From IMG/VR virus record IMGVR_UViG_3300035698_022242: 64,000 bases of DNA. One strand, given 5' to 3'. The position numbers were made by a program, and so were the translations under genes. This DNA comes from an uncultured virus (IMG/VR IMGVR_UViG_3300035698_022242). Its lineage: Duplodnaviria; Heunggongvirae; Uroviricota; Caudoviricetes. This document shows positions 9,438-19,416 of the stretch, piece after piece. Positions within the stretch are counted from its first letter, which is position 1, and every line of letters begins with the position of its first letter. Below the pieces are notes generated by a model. That model was not told the origin of the DNA and did no database searches. It was given only the letters and a program-made list of their open reading frames with translations.

Positions 9438-9469
9438 AGTATACCTGTTTTTGCAAAAATTTATTAACT
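9438..9469 (-). promoter_or_regulatory. Putative promoter AGTTAA-N20-TATACT
   Basis: Recurring motif upstream of response regulator RBS (AGGAG). Confidence 0.4.
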
Positions 9470-9874
9470 TATGTTTTTCTTTTTTGTAATCCGGTAATAT
9501 CCTCTAAGAAAAGTATGCTTCAATTTAACATACTTGTTATTATACAGGCCAAGCATTCCCATAAAAGCATCCGCAGCAGACCATGCAAGAAGTTCTGCCT
9601 CTAATGACGGCCAATATTTGACATTCCCATAAATCACACGTTTACCAAACTGCTCTACACAAGCAGGAAGGGTAACCGCATGCCCCAATTCATGCGCTAG
9701 TCCTATTATTTTTTTGAATGTAGGTTGACGAGGATTTATTGTTATTATTTTGTCCTCAATGAGAATTAAGTCTTCCTTACCATCCACAACTTTAAATCCA
9801 AGATGACCAGCAAGGCCGAGAAGCCAGGCATACTTACATTCTAAGCTTGCGTCGTGCTTCCTCTTTTGCGGCAT
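9464..9874 (-). CDS. ImmA/IrrE-like zinc metallopeptidase
   Basis: IITINP...LAHELGH (HExxH) and downstream E-x-x-A-W (EAELLAW). Confidence 0.75.
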   Translation of the reverse strand: MPQKRKHDASLECKYAWLLGLAGHLGFKVVDGKEDLILIEDKIITINPRQPTFKKIIGLAHELGHAVTLPACVEQFGKRVIYGNVKYWPSLEAELLAWSAADAFMGMLGLYNNKYVKLKHTFLRGYYRITKKKNIS

Positions 9875-10220
9875 CGCTCTTCTGCTTTATAGCTACGTAA
9901 CGTTCTTTGTTGTAGTGCACCCTACATAGCCCCTTTGCTACTGGGCGCTTTGTACAACCGTCTATTTTGCACCTATCATCTGAATCATACCGCGCATTGC
10001 TAAGGGTACCTGACTTACGGCCCCAAAAGTCCTCAACGGCACCTTCCATCCCGAGTACTTCCTGTACCCGGATCCACACTTCCTTACGCGGAGGATATTT
10101 CCCACGCTCATATGATGCAACAGCCTCATGGGACACGCCCAGGAGCTTCGCAAGCTGCCTAAGTGACAATCCGTGGCGTTTACGTGCATCAAAAAACTCC
10201 TTAATCTTACCGTTCATCAT
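9834..10220 (-). CDS. XRE-family HTH regulator with C-terminal C3H zinc-finger-like motif
   Basis: ARKRHGLSLRQLAKLLGVSHEAVASYERG HTH; CKIDGC...GLCRVHY. Confidence 0.88.
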   Translation of the reverse strand: MMNGKIKEFFDARKRHGLSLRQLAKLLGVSHEAVASYERGKYPPRKEVWIRVQEVLGMEGAVEDFWGRKSGTLSNARYDSDDRCKIDGCTKRPVAKGLCRVHYNKERYVAIKQKSDAAKEEARRKLRM

Positions 10221-10227
10221 GTGCCTC

Positions 10228-11145
10228 CTATTTTACACCATACAAGGTGCGAATCTTCGCCTGCTGAATGGGATCTCGTGTAACTGTTCCAATTATTTCT
10301 GAGTTAATATCTCTTTCTAAATTATCCAATTCTTCGAATTCAAAAGCATATAAGTCTTTGTATAATTTCACTATTTTGCCTGTATTAGCCACCTTTCCCA
10401 ACCACCCAGTAAGGGTAGATTCCGATACGGGGTCAGATTCCGTCCTTTTTCCATGATGTTTCCGCCATAAACTACGGTTCTCTTCATAAATCCTCGGTAA
10501 CCGCCTACATAATGCAAAATACAAAAAATCTAAAAATTCTTTTGTAGGTTCTTGATATTGTGAAAAACACCGTATTGTCTTATAGGCACTATCCTTCGCC
10601 CATAGATCGCTAAAAATAGCATTAATACGCTGCATGGAGTGTTCAGCATTCGGCGGCATAAACCACGGTCCACCACGTGAAGATAATGACACTACATTCA
10701 TATTTTCACGTATATGCCGAATTAATGGCATTGTTAGCTTACTTATTGGAATTTTCCCACGTAATTCTTCATACTTATTATGAATGTAATTACACACTGG
10801 ATTATTTTGCGTCTTAATTACGTTTCCCGATACTTCATTGCAAGTAATGTTTGCCAAATGATGATGAATTACACGTTTACACTTATACCTAGTTTGAATT
10901 TTTTTATGTGAAATACCATAACTAACTTTACGCTTTCCTTTTTCTATCTGGTCTATCTTGTACGTATGAATAAATTTTCTTCTTGCGATTTCAATTGCAT
11001 AGGTAAATGACTGCAAATTGCTTGTTTTCAACCGCTTGAATCCTGTAAAACCTAAAAAATTAAGAACATCACACACATGCTTCGCATCTAGCATAAACTT
11101 GGATGGTGTATACCACCAAAAAATATGTCCTCCAGGTGCGGTCAT
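10228..11145 (-). CDS. Hypothetical protein (resembles DUF6744-type phage proteins)
   Basis: 305 aa; N-terminal GHIFWW and internal GGPWFMP motifs; ATGA overlap with ligase. Confidence 0.5.
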   Translation of the reverse strand: MTAPGGHIFWWYTPSKFMLDAKHVCDVLNFLGFTGFKRLKTSNLQSFTYAIEIARRKFIHTYKIDQIEKGKRKVSYGISHKKIQTRYKCKRVIHHHLANITCNEVSGNVIKTQNNPVCNYIHNKYEELRGKIPISKLTMPLIRHIRENMNVVSLSSRGGPWFMPPNAEHSMQRINAIFSDLWAKDSAYKTIRCFSQYQEPTKEFLDFLYFALCRRLPRIYEENRSLWRKHHGKRTESDPVSESTLTGWLGKVANTGKIVKLYKDLYAFEFEELDNLERDINSEIIGTVTRDPIQQAKIRTLYGVK

Positions 11146-13052
11146 ACCAACTCACGCATCTTCTTGTATGAGAAATCAACGATTTTAATAAATTCCTTTT
11201 CACCAATTACTTTAGTTCCGTACTTTTGCGCTTTTCTACTTTTAGACGACAGAGATTTAGGATTAGATTGAACTAGATAAGTAAGCCCCTTGCTCACACT
11301 TGTTTTAATCTCCCCCCCAAGGCTTTCTACGTATTTCATCGCCACTTCACGCTTCAGTGAAATTTGCCCCGTGAAACAAAAAGACATCCCGGTCAATTTA
11401 CCCACTGTTTTACTTTTGACAACAACACCATTATCGAGCAACTTACGAATCAATGCTTCTTTAAGTACGAGACCCACCTGCGCGGCTTCTGCAGTCTTGC
11501 TACCAATGCCGTCTAACGTAGCTACATTGCATGGGCGTGCTCTCAATACCTTTTCTACAGTATCGTACCCTGCCTTCTCTAAGGCGGTAAACACGCTGGT
11601 ACCAACTCCTGGGATGTTTAGTGCAGCAAAAAATTTAGGGAGACTGATCTCACGCGCACGATTAATGCTACGTAAAATACGTTTTGCACTTCCCTCTTTA
11701 TGGTTTTCTAATACTTGAATTGTTTTAGATGTCAGAGTGTAAAGATCTGCAGCGTCTATTAAAATACCTTTATCAATTGCTTTATTAACAAAGGAATCAC
11801 CGACAAATTCCATGCCTGTGACTCTGATCCACTTTTTAATATCACCCTGTTGCTTACCATCGCAATCCGGGTTTGCGCACATCAAATATTCACCATCTTC
11901 AATCAATGTATCTGAACAAATAGGACATTTATCTGGAATTGTGACAACACCAGGAATCAAAACCTTCTCAATATATGGGATTACGTCATTACGACGACTC
12001 ACAAGTACTTTAGCGCCTGGGCCTGCCCCCATATTTCGAACATTTTTCGCGGTATGCATACTTGCTTTTGTGATTGTTACACCACCTACTTGTACAGGCT
12101 TAAGGTGCGCAACAGGTGTAATACGCCCAGTTAGTCCAACTTCCCATGTGATGCCTTCAAGTACAGTTTCACGCATTTCTGCAGCAAACTTCCAGGCAAT
12201 CTGACCCCTTGGCCGACCGTTGATAACACCGAGACGATCCTGTCGTCCGATATTGTTTACTTTGTACACAAGACCATCAATATCGTGATCGATGCTTACT
12301 CGCTTTTTTACTGCATAATGTACATACCACTTTAAAGCATTCTCCAAAGTTACACGCTTAGTAAATACTGCACGTAACATAAGATTCTTTTGAATGTACT
12401 GAACTTTATCATATTCTTTTTCAAACGTATTATTATCATCAATTACATCATAATAAATAAGCGATAAATGCTTAGCAAATTTGTTAGTAGTTTTTTTACG
12501 CGCAATCCCTGCAGCAGCATTCCGAGCATTCACATACTCTCCTGCAGCATGTTCTTGAAAAACACTATTCTCAAAAATAATCTCAGCCCGAAGACTTCCA
12601 GTGAATGCCTTTAAATGCTTATACACATTTTTCATATGCTGGACATTGTGCGTGATGTCCTCACCATAATCACCATCACCACGAGTGATTGCAGCCTTTA
12701 GTGCCCCCAACTCGTAGATCAACTCCACAGAAATCCCATCTAGTTTTTCTTGAATTACAAAGGTTTTTGCACGTGTCTTTTTTGCCCATTTAACGAAATC
12801 TTCTTTTGTGTTCACTTTCTTCTGCGACCCCATTGGAATCTTGTGACGTGCCTTTGTTAACCGTGCATCATCATCAGAATCAGTGCTGTGAGAGTACCCG
12901 ACCGCTGTTATAGCTTTATTTTTTGGATCCAGAGTAGTAAGTTCATCAAACAGGGCGTCATACTCAGCGTCCGACATGATCGGTGTACCCGTGTAATACG
13001 CTGTTTGCGCTGTTTTAAGCAATTTTTCAAGTTTTTTTACCCTAGCGGACAT
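11142..13052 (-). CDS. ligA: NAD-dependent DNA ligase
   Basis: AYY..MSDAEYD, EKLDG, TRGDG, RNAAAG, DGLVYK, IAWKF, TGRITP, CxxC zinc finger, HhH repeats, C-terminal BRCT. Confidence 0.97.
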   Translation of the reverse strand: MSARVKKLEKLLKTAQTAYYTGTPIMSDAEYDALFDELTTLDPKNKAITAVGYSHSTDSDDDARLTKARHKIPMGSQKKVNTKEDFVKWAKKTRAKTFVIQEKLDGISVELIYELGALKAAITRGDGDYGEDITHNVQHMKNVYKHLKAFTGSLRAEIIFENSVFQEHAAGEYVNARNAAAGIARKKTTNKFAKHLSLIYYDVIDDNNTFEKEYDKVQYIQKNLMLRAVFTKRVTLENALKWYVHYAVKKRVSIDHDIDGLVYKVNNIGRQDRLGVINGRPRGQIAWKFAAEMRETVLEGITWEVGLTGRITPVAHLKPVQVGGVTITKASMHTAKNVRNMGAGPGAKVLVSRRNDVIPYIEKVLIPGVVTIPDKCPICSDTLIEDGEYLMCANPDCDGKQQGDIKKWIRVTGMEFVGDSFVNKAIDKGILIDAADLYTLTSKTIQVLENHKEGSAKRILRSINRAREISLPKFFAALNIPGVGTSVFTALEKAGYDTVEKVLRARPCNVATLDGIGSKTAEAAQVGLVLKEALIRKLLDNGVVVKSKTVGKLTGMSFCFTGQISLKREVAMKYVESLGGEIKTSVSKGLTYLVQSNPKSLSSKSRKAQKYGTKVIGEKEFIKIVDFSYKKMRELV

Positions 13053-13099
13053 AACACCACCTTATGTGATAAAAAGCTGTTGACAACACCTTCCTACAC

Positions 13100-13128
13100 A
13101 GTATAATACTGCAAGGAACAGTTGGCAA
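13100..13128 (-). promoter_or_regulatory. Sigma70-type promoter TTGCCA-N17-TATACT for ligase operon
   Basis: Hexamers with 17-nt spacer in intergenic region. Confidence 0.55.
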
Positions 13129-13260
13129 CTAAAAAATTGAAAATTTTAGAATCTTCTAAAATATGGGGAGTTACTTGATAAATATATACTGTTCACGAGA
13201 ACTACGGAGGGATAATCCGCAGCACCAATTAAAAAAGACAACACCCACACGCATGGATAA

Positions 13261-16200
13261 TTATGGCGCTGTAGAATAGATTTTTACGTATACAGGTAAT
13301 CCAAGGCCAACAACAGATATCGGAACTTCCCCTAAACAATAATCCTTTCCAGAAGTAGTTGTAATAGCGTATTCAAAAGTATTACTACAGATAATTCCTC
13401 TATCTGTCCCCTTAAACGACGCGCCGATGACCCCCGTGCCCACAACTCCTATACTTACGCCGGACCCAAACACCCCTACCGCATTGATACCCCCCGAGCC
13501 TACCCCGTGGACACCAACTAATGATCCTTGCCCGCCGAGACCATATCCGCCAGCCCCCGCACTCCCAAATACCCCATAATTACGCGCAGTACCATATACG
13601 CCAAAAGACACAGTAGCTTCTCCATAAACTCCATAATCGGTAAGAACATTCCCATAAACACCAGTTACAGGTGCATACCCATACACACCTGTTTCAGTCA
13701 CCCCCACACCCGCAACACCGATTGTAGCTGCCTGACCATAAACACCGTGGGATACTCCAGCAGACCCTCTAACCCCATAATTGTTTGCTGCCTCACCATA
13801 AACTGCCGTATCTGAGGCTACACCCGCAACACCCAGAATACCACTAGCAGACCCATATACCCCATTATTACCATACGCTGTCCCGATTACCCCAAAATTT
13901 CCAGGAGTTCCAACTTCCCCTGCAACACCTTTAACCCCGTAATTGGGGGCAGATCCATAAACACCAATAGATACACTGGCACTACCTTCCACACCTGAAG
14001 TAGACGCACTCCCATAAACACCGGCTTCATTGGCAGTTCCATAAACCCCCATAGTTGAAGCTACCCCATAAACTCCATAACTCTCAGCAGCTTCACCTTT
14101 AACCCCATAATCAGTAGATGCGTACCCATAAACTCCTGTATCAATTTCTGCATTCCCATAAACTGCGACATTTATAGCAGTCCCATGCACACCGTACTTA
14201 TCTGCATCTCCAATAACACCATACGATGTAGCTTGACCCTTGACACCATAACTGAGTGCCCTACCAAATACACCAAATGACGATACAGCTTTCCCATATA
14301 CGCCATAATCTCTACCCGCCGTCCCGTACACACCGTAATCAGACGCTACAGCTTCTCCATATACGCCATAATTATCATTTGCTTTCCCATGTACCCCCGT
14401 ATTATCAAGAGCTTGCCCGTATACACCGGTATTGCTTACTGCGTATCCAAATACACCTATACTCGCAGCTGCCTGCCCTTTTATTGCTGAACTTACCGCT
14501 TGTCCAAAAACACCACAGTTGCTAAGTGCAGACCCGCACACCCCAATACTGGTTGCAGTCCCGAATACCCCGAATGCCACCGCAGTACCATATACACCAT
14601 ATGAGCCAGCAGCAGACCCTTCTACGCCATAGTCAACCCCTGCAATACCACGCACGCCAGTGTTTGTAACCGCTGTCCCGTACACCCCGCCAGTCTGTGC
14701 ATACCCCGCAACCCCGTACCGTGATGCAGCTTCCCCGATAACCCCCGCACCCTTATGGGCAGATCCGTAAACACCGTACCCGTAAGCGGCGACATGAAGT
14801 GACTTCGCAAGAACGCGTGTATGATTCCCCGCCGCATCATGCTCTTCAAGAAGCAGGGGAGACGTATCTGCGGTTACGAACTTTCTTAAATCTCTTACGT
14901 CAGCTAACGTAGAAGTCCCAGAAACCCAATTAACGACACATAATTTAAGAATGGCTTCATCGGGATTATCTGTAGAATTCTTTTCAATTGCAAATGTGGT
15001 ACTCTGAGTTATTCCAAGATCACCATCACAAAATACTAACACCCAATTATCCCGAGTACCAGAATATAGTTTATAATACCCCTCTACTTCCGTACCACCC
15101 ATTTCATTATCCATAACGTAAACTACGTCGCCCGTACCGGCAACATCCCCTGGAGCGGTATAATCAAGAGTTCTTGCCGCTGCATCCCAGCTAATCTCCC
15201 CATCCCCAGCGGCGGTATTCTCTATGTCTACGATCTTTATGGTTGTAGTCCACAAAGAAGTTCCAATAAGTACTTTTTGAACTTCCCCAGCAGAGTCTAC
15301 ATAAATCAAGTATTCCCCAGTTGTAGGTAGCGGCACAATATTAAAATTAATTACACCAGTACCCCCGACTACAACACCTGTTAAACTAGTATAAGTAATC
15401 CCATCGACTAAAAAACTATTTCTAAAACTCCCAACATTATTTACAAGTATTTGCTCATTTATAGCTAAAATAGAACACCCTAATTGTGTATCATCAGCAT
15501 CAGAAGAAATTCCGTTAATATGAAATAAATCAGCGTGATCAAATGTACCCTCCGAAATGTCATTAAGAGACAGTGCGTGTACATTAGTTAATGTGAGTGC
15601 ACCAGTACCTAACATATCTCTGTGTGCAGTATCCACTGCACTAAACATTGGAATTTCTCGACCATATAATGACCTAATGTATATTGTTTCTATTGTTGCT
15701 GCTGCTGGAAAATTAGCATAAATAACTTCAACAAGGATACTGTACGCGACGCTATCGGAGTAAAGAGTATAATTACCACTACTTGGGATAGCGACGCCGG
15801 TACCCTCGGCATCACCGGGAGCAGTCCAATACAACGAACTGACCGACGAATCATAACGCAAAGATCCGCTACCTATGTATGTCTCATCTGACACAGAAAG
15901 AATTGTCACACCAGTTAACGTAGACGGCTGTGTAGAATACGGATGCGTTTTAGGTTGCATAAATTGATTTATACTACTATTAGTTAACGCCACCCCAGCA
16001 CCATTTGCAGTAACTATTGCAACTAACACTCGTTTATTTAGTTCTAAAGCAGAAAGAGCATCCCAATTAACCTTAGACAAAACAGACACAGTAAAAGACT
16101 CAGTAACCACCGTATCACGATTTGTAAATGGATAAAATCTTTCAGCTAGAGGATAAGACTCTACTTCAGCATAAACTAATGAGATATAGTTATTCACTGT

Positions 16201-16530
16201 ATTTGTATAATCAACTAACCCAACACTGGTAGCTGCTGTGTCGTACTCGACGGCCCCCGAAGGAGAAAGCACTTCAGTTGACGTACGCTCCCCTGCTCCT
16301 TGTCCCTCAAACATCTCGGTAGTGTAATTACCTCCTGAGTACGCGGTACCCCCAGCAACATCTAAACGTGTAGGATCCGTCCCGTTTACAGTGACTTGAA
16401 ACCCACTAACGATACCAAACTGCGCACCCGCACGCATACGAGCAGTTATCGCGTGTGTGCGCGATGTCTCAGTCCAATTTAATTGCGTGTCTGTGGGCTT
16501 TGTGTTGTCAAAATATTTAGTGCGTTCCAT
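13261..16530 (-). CDS. Long tail fibre / receptor-binding protein with G-V-x-G repeat region
   Basis: ORF 13261..16554, ATG 16530 has GAGG RBS; follows baseplate genes; C-terminal half is about 10-aa YGVYG-x-A repeats. Confidence 0.8.
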   Translation of the reverse strand: MERTKYFDNTKPTDTQLNWTETSRTHAITARMRAGAQFGIVSGFQVTVNGTDPTRLDVAGGTAYSGGNYTTEMFEGQGAGERTSTEVLSPSGAVEYDTAATSVGLVDYTNTVNNYISLVYAEVESYPLAERFYPFTNRDTVVTESFTVSVLSKVNWDALSALELNKRVLVAIVTANGAGVALTNSSINQFMQPKTHPYSTQPSTLTGVTILSVSDETYIGSGSLRYDSSVSSLYWTAPGDAEGTGVAIPSSGNYTLYSDSVAYSILVEVIYANFPAAATIETIYIRSLYGREIPMFSAVDTAHRDMLGTGALTLTNVHALSLNDISEGTFDHADLFHINGISSDADDTQLGCSILAINEQILVNNVGSFRNSFLVDGITYTSLTGVVVGGTGVINFNIVPLPTTGEYLIYVDSAGEVQKVLIGTSLWTTTIKIVDIENTAAGDGEISWDAAARTLDYTAPGDVAGTGDVVYVMDNEMGGTEVEGYYKLYSGTRDNWVLVFCDGDLGITQSTTFAIEKNSTDNPDEAILKLCVVNWVSGTSTLADVRDLRKFVTADTSPLLLEEHDAAGNHTRVLAKSLHVAAYGYGVYGSAHKGAGVIGEAASRYGVAGYAQTGGVYGTAVTNTGVRGIAGVDYGVEGSAAGSYGVYGTAVAFGVFGTATSIGVCGSALSNCGVFGQAVSSAIKGQAAASIGVFGYAVSNTGVYGQALDNTGVHGKANDNYGVYGEAVASDYGVYGTAGRDYGVYGKAVSSFGVFGRALSYGVKGQATSYGVIGDADKYGVHGTAINVAVYGNAEIDTGVYGYASTDYGVKGEAAESYGVYGVASTMGVYGTANEAGVYGSASTSGVEGSASVSIGVYGSAPNYGVKGVAGEVGTPGNFGVIGTAYGNNGVYGSASGILGVAGVASDTAVYGEAANNYGVRGSAGVSHGVYGQAATIGVAGVGVTETGVYGYAPVTGVYGNVLTDYGVYGEATVSFGVYGTARNYGVFGSAGAGGYGLGGQGSLVGVHGVGSGGINAVGVFGSGVSIGVVGTGVIGASFKGTDRGIICSNTFEYAITTTSGKDYCLGEVPISVVGLGLPVYVKIYSTAP
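13400..14790 (-). repeat. Protein-level tandem repeat (about 10-11 aa, [YFT]GV[YFK]G-x-A)
   Basis: Dozens of degenerate copies visible in translation; boundaries approximate. Confidence 0.85.
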
Positions 16531-16538
16531 TGTAACCT

Positions 16539-18194
16539 CTATGTTTCCGTCCAATCCCTAGCAGAATAGTACGGCCTTAACGCAAGTCCAATAAACTCGT
16601 AATCTATCTTACGTATTATACCAGATAATTCTACCTTAAACTGAACAAAAGAATCTGTTAAATCTATTTGTCGGCTAATCACATCTGGCAAAACTTCCCA
16701 AGAACTTAACGCCTCACGCGTATTTCCTTGCCTAAATGCCACCGTTCTAATAATATTCTCACTGTACGTCCTATCCAATAACGATAATTCTACACCGGAC
16801 ACTTGAACAGAACTTGTTAAGATAGCTTCAGTAGATATTACAGGCGTCGTTAACGCCCCCGCCGACCCAGTTTCATCAATTGTTATTGTAAAATCATCTG
16901 TATAAACCATATTACTAAGTACACAATCTTCGAATCCATTATACTGATCTGTAAAAACTAAATAATTAGTAGGTTGCACTTCATCGTGTAGCGCCCACCG
17001 GACTGGTCCTACATCCGCTACTGAATTCATAACATTTTCATAACATTCTGCTGATGCACTCCTAGACAATGTAGATACACCAAGTACGTCCAACGCAATC
17101 CCGTATTTAGCATCTTGATATCCAAGCAACCAATTATCATAAGCTACATATGAGACGCCTATAACCCACCCATCTTCATAATCCGAGATGTGTTTAAAAA
17201 ATGTAGGGATAAGATTATACCCACCAATGGCGTTCTGATACGTTTGTAAAACACCCACATTTTGCCCAGAGTACCACATATCACTAACGCGCTTAGCAAA
17301 CTTAGATGCATTTGCATACCGAGCATACATAGGGTAATTTTCAGAAAATTTTAAAACGGAATCTGCGTATTTAATATATGTATTTCTTTTTTGCGTACTT
17401 AATGTATCTTCATACGCAGCAAACACACGGCTCTGAAAAGCTTTAACCAACGTACCCTCAACAGAATACTCATTAGTTATATCCCAAAATTCATTATCAA
17501 GAAAATTATACCAATAACGCGGGTCCGCGAACGTTTCTGTGGTAATCTTCGTATTGACCCCCCCAATATCAGGGGTGACTACACGTAACGGGTTCTCTGT
17601 TCCCGCGTTAATCGCAGGAGAAAGATAATCTGGAGTAAACGCGTCATTAAACTCATCCTCATACAACAAATGCTCTTCTAGAACGCGGTCACCAAGCGTA
17701 GCAGACCCCCCAGTTACCAACCCGGCGGTTTTGTAGTAATATGTATAGTCTATATCTAAGGTAGCCCCTGCAAGCAATTCCACACCATAATAATTATTAA
17801 AATATGTTGTTCCACGCGTTGCTGAAAACGCGGCATTACGTAAATATAAATTACTATTGGTTATCATACATTTAGAACAATTATGTACCGTTACATTATA
17901 AATAATATTACTAGTAATAGTATTTAAGTATATTCCAATATTAGCTTTATTTGCCACGTTGTATACTGCAACTAAATCAGCCACATTTGAAAAAGAATAA
18001 CAAGAAGATACACCAGACGTAGCTTTAATATTGTGTACTTTATTATTTTTTACCCTTAGAGAATTATTATTTGCACATTTTATACCTGTAGCATTTTTAC
18101 CAGTTATGTTCGTTACAGTATTTCCACGAACGTACTTGGTGCTATCTTTAATCAGTCTAACATTATCAATATAAAATGCTGGAAGAGTAGTCAT
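16539..18194 (-). CDS. Baseplate wedge/tail protein with N-terminal beta-helix
   Basis: 551 aa, Asn-rich parallel beta-helix-like N-terminus; located between baseplate J-like gene and fibre. Confidence 0.6.
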   Translation of the reverse strand: MTTLPAFYIDNVRLIKDSTKYVRGNTVTNITGKNATGIKCANNNSLRVKNNKVHNIKATSGVSSCYSFSNVADLVAVYNVANKANIGIYLNTITSNIIYNVTVHNCSKCMITNSNLYLRNAAFSATRGTTYFNNYYGVELLAGATLDIDYTYYYKTAGLVTGGSATLGDRVLEEHLLYEDEFNDAFTPDYLSPAINAGTENPLRVVTPDIGGVNTKITTETFADPRYWYNFLDNEFWDITNEYSVEGTLVKAFQSRVFAAYEDTLSTQKRNTYIKYADSVLKFSENYPMYARYANASKFAKRVSDMWYSGQNVGVLQTYQNAIGGYNLIPTFFKHISDYEDGWVIGVSYVAYDNWLLGYQDAKYGIALDVLGVSTLSRSASAECYENVMNSVADVGPVRWALHDEVQPTNYLVFTDQYNGFEDCVLSNMVYTDDFTITIDETGSAGALTTPVISTEAILTSSVQVSGVELSLLDRTYSENIIRTVAFRQGNTREALSSWEVLPDVISRQIDLTDSFVQFKVELSGIIRKIDYEFIGLALRPYYSARDWTET

Positions 18195-18196
18195 AA

Positions 18197-18817
18197 TTAT
18201 TCTCGATATTTAATCTGAAGAGACAAGGTATTCACATCCGTGAAATCAAGTTCTTGTGAAATGGAAAATTCATCTCCTACATTAATATCTCCAGTATTTC
18301 CAATGTCATCACCTAAACACATAGCATATCTACCACTTGTAACTGTAAAATTTGCAGGAGTTATCCTTCCACGCACAACGCCCCCACCAACAACAAGTAG
18401 CCCAGCATCGTCCTCTGTAGCCCAATCAGCAGCAGTACCGAGGATAATTCCAGGTAACTCAAAGGAGAAGTTTCTAACGCGCCCACCAGAATCAAACAGG
18501 GGATCTGATGCACTCGGTACCGGACTGATTGTTCCGGGAACGTTTAATGCGATTGTGTATATCCTTTGATCTGACGTACCTGGATTCCTATAAAAATAAA
18601 CAAGATAAACCCCCTCTTTATCCAGAGGGCCTACACGAGTATACGGGCCGGATGGATTGTCCAATATTGTATTATTAGCTGATGGAGAACTTATTAATTC
18701 CCACGCATACAAACTGCCGGATAAAGGGATACCTTGCAGCAAAATATACGAACCTACTGTTATGTTTTTAGGGGCCGTACCAGATCCCCTAACAAGTGTA
18801 GCAGTTATCGCGCTCAA
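18197..18817 (-). CDS. Baseplate-region protein (PKD/Ig-like + carbohydrate-binding-like domain)
   Basis: YAWELISSP (PKD-like) and VRNFSFE...W (CBM-like) patterns. Confidence 0.5.
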   Translation of the reverse strand: MSAITATLVRGSGTAPKNITVGSYILLQGIPLSGSLYAWELISSPSANNTILDNPSGPYTRVGPLDKEGVYLVYFYRNPGTSDQRIYTIALNVPGTISPVPSASDPLFDSGGRVRNFSFELPGIILGTAADWATEDDAGLLVVGGGVVRGRITPANFTVTSGRYAMCLGDDIGNTGDINVGDEFSISQELDFTDVNTLSLQIKYRE

Positions 18818-19413
18818 TAAATTAACCCGTCCTCATCCATTCCGATAGTATAGCAGTCAGCACACCCTGATACTTCGTCTGCCGTGCAATCAATTATTTG
18901 TATACCTTTTGTACCTATACCAGTTAAATTTGTACCAGAACTCTCTAAATTAGACACAGAGCACCGTTCAACCCGGCCACCACCTGCCGCAAATATACCA
19001 TATGCAGATCCTGAGACAAAAGAAAAGTTAGACACATCACACGTGTACGCTATGAAGTTTTCTACGTTCTCCACATACAATCCAATTAAATTTCCCGTTG
19101 TGTCTGCTGCCTGGATTATATTGACCCCAGTAACTGAAAACCTAGAAGTATCTAAGATAGCCACACATGCTTGATGTGTACGCGTCTTCTCCGGTTGAAT
19201 CGTTGCTCCATTAGGATTCTCCGAAAAAATAGATCCATCAACACCGCTAATTATCACAGAATCTGTGGGAATATACGTTCCATCCATTAAACGTATTTGA
19301 TCGCCACTTGAGAACACCAGTAACGCTTTATCGAGAGTAAGGTATGGCAAAGCATAGGAACCGTCGCCAGTAGTATCATTCCCAGACTGCGCAGATACCC
19401 AGATAATATTCAT
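18814..19413 (-). CDS. Beta-helix (DUF1565/pectin-lyase-like) baseplate-region protein
   Basis: IWVSAQSGNDTTGDGSYALPYLTLDKAL...GDQIRLMDGTY motif. Confidence 0.7.
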   Translation of the reverse strand: MNIIWVSAQSGNDTTGDGSYALPYLTLDKALLVFSSGDQIRLMDGTYIPTDSVIISGVDGSIFSENPNGATIQPEKTRTHQACVAILDTSRFSVTGVNIIQAADTTGNLIGLYVENVENFIAYTCDVSNFSFVSGSAYGIFAAGGGRVERCSVSNLESSGTNLTGIGTKGIQIIDCTADEVSGCADCYTIGMDEDGLIY

Positions 19414-19416
19414 AGC

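Noticed and set aside
13053..13400. Diversity-generating retroelement targeting the fibre tip
   Set aside because: No reverse transcriptase and no template/variable repeat pair seen in the window
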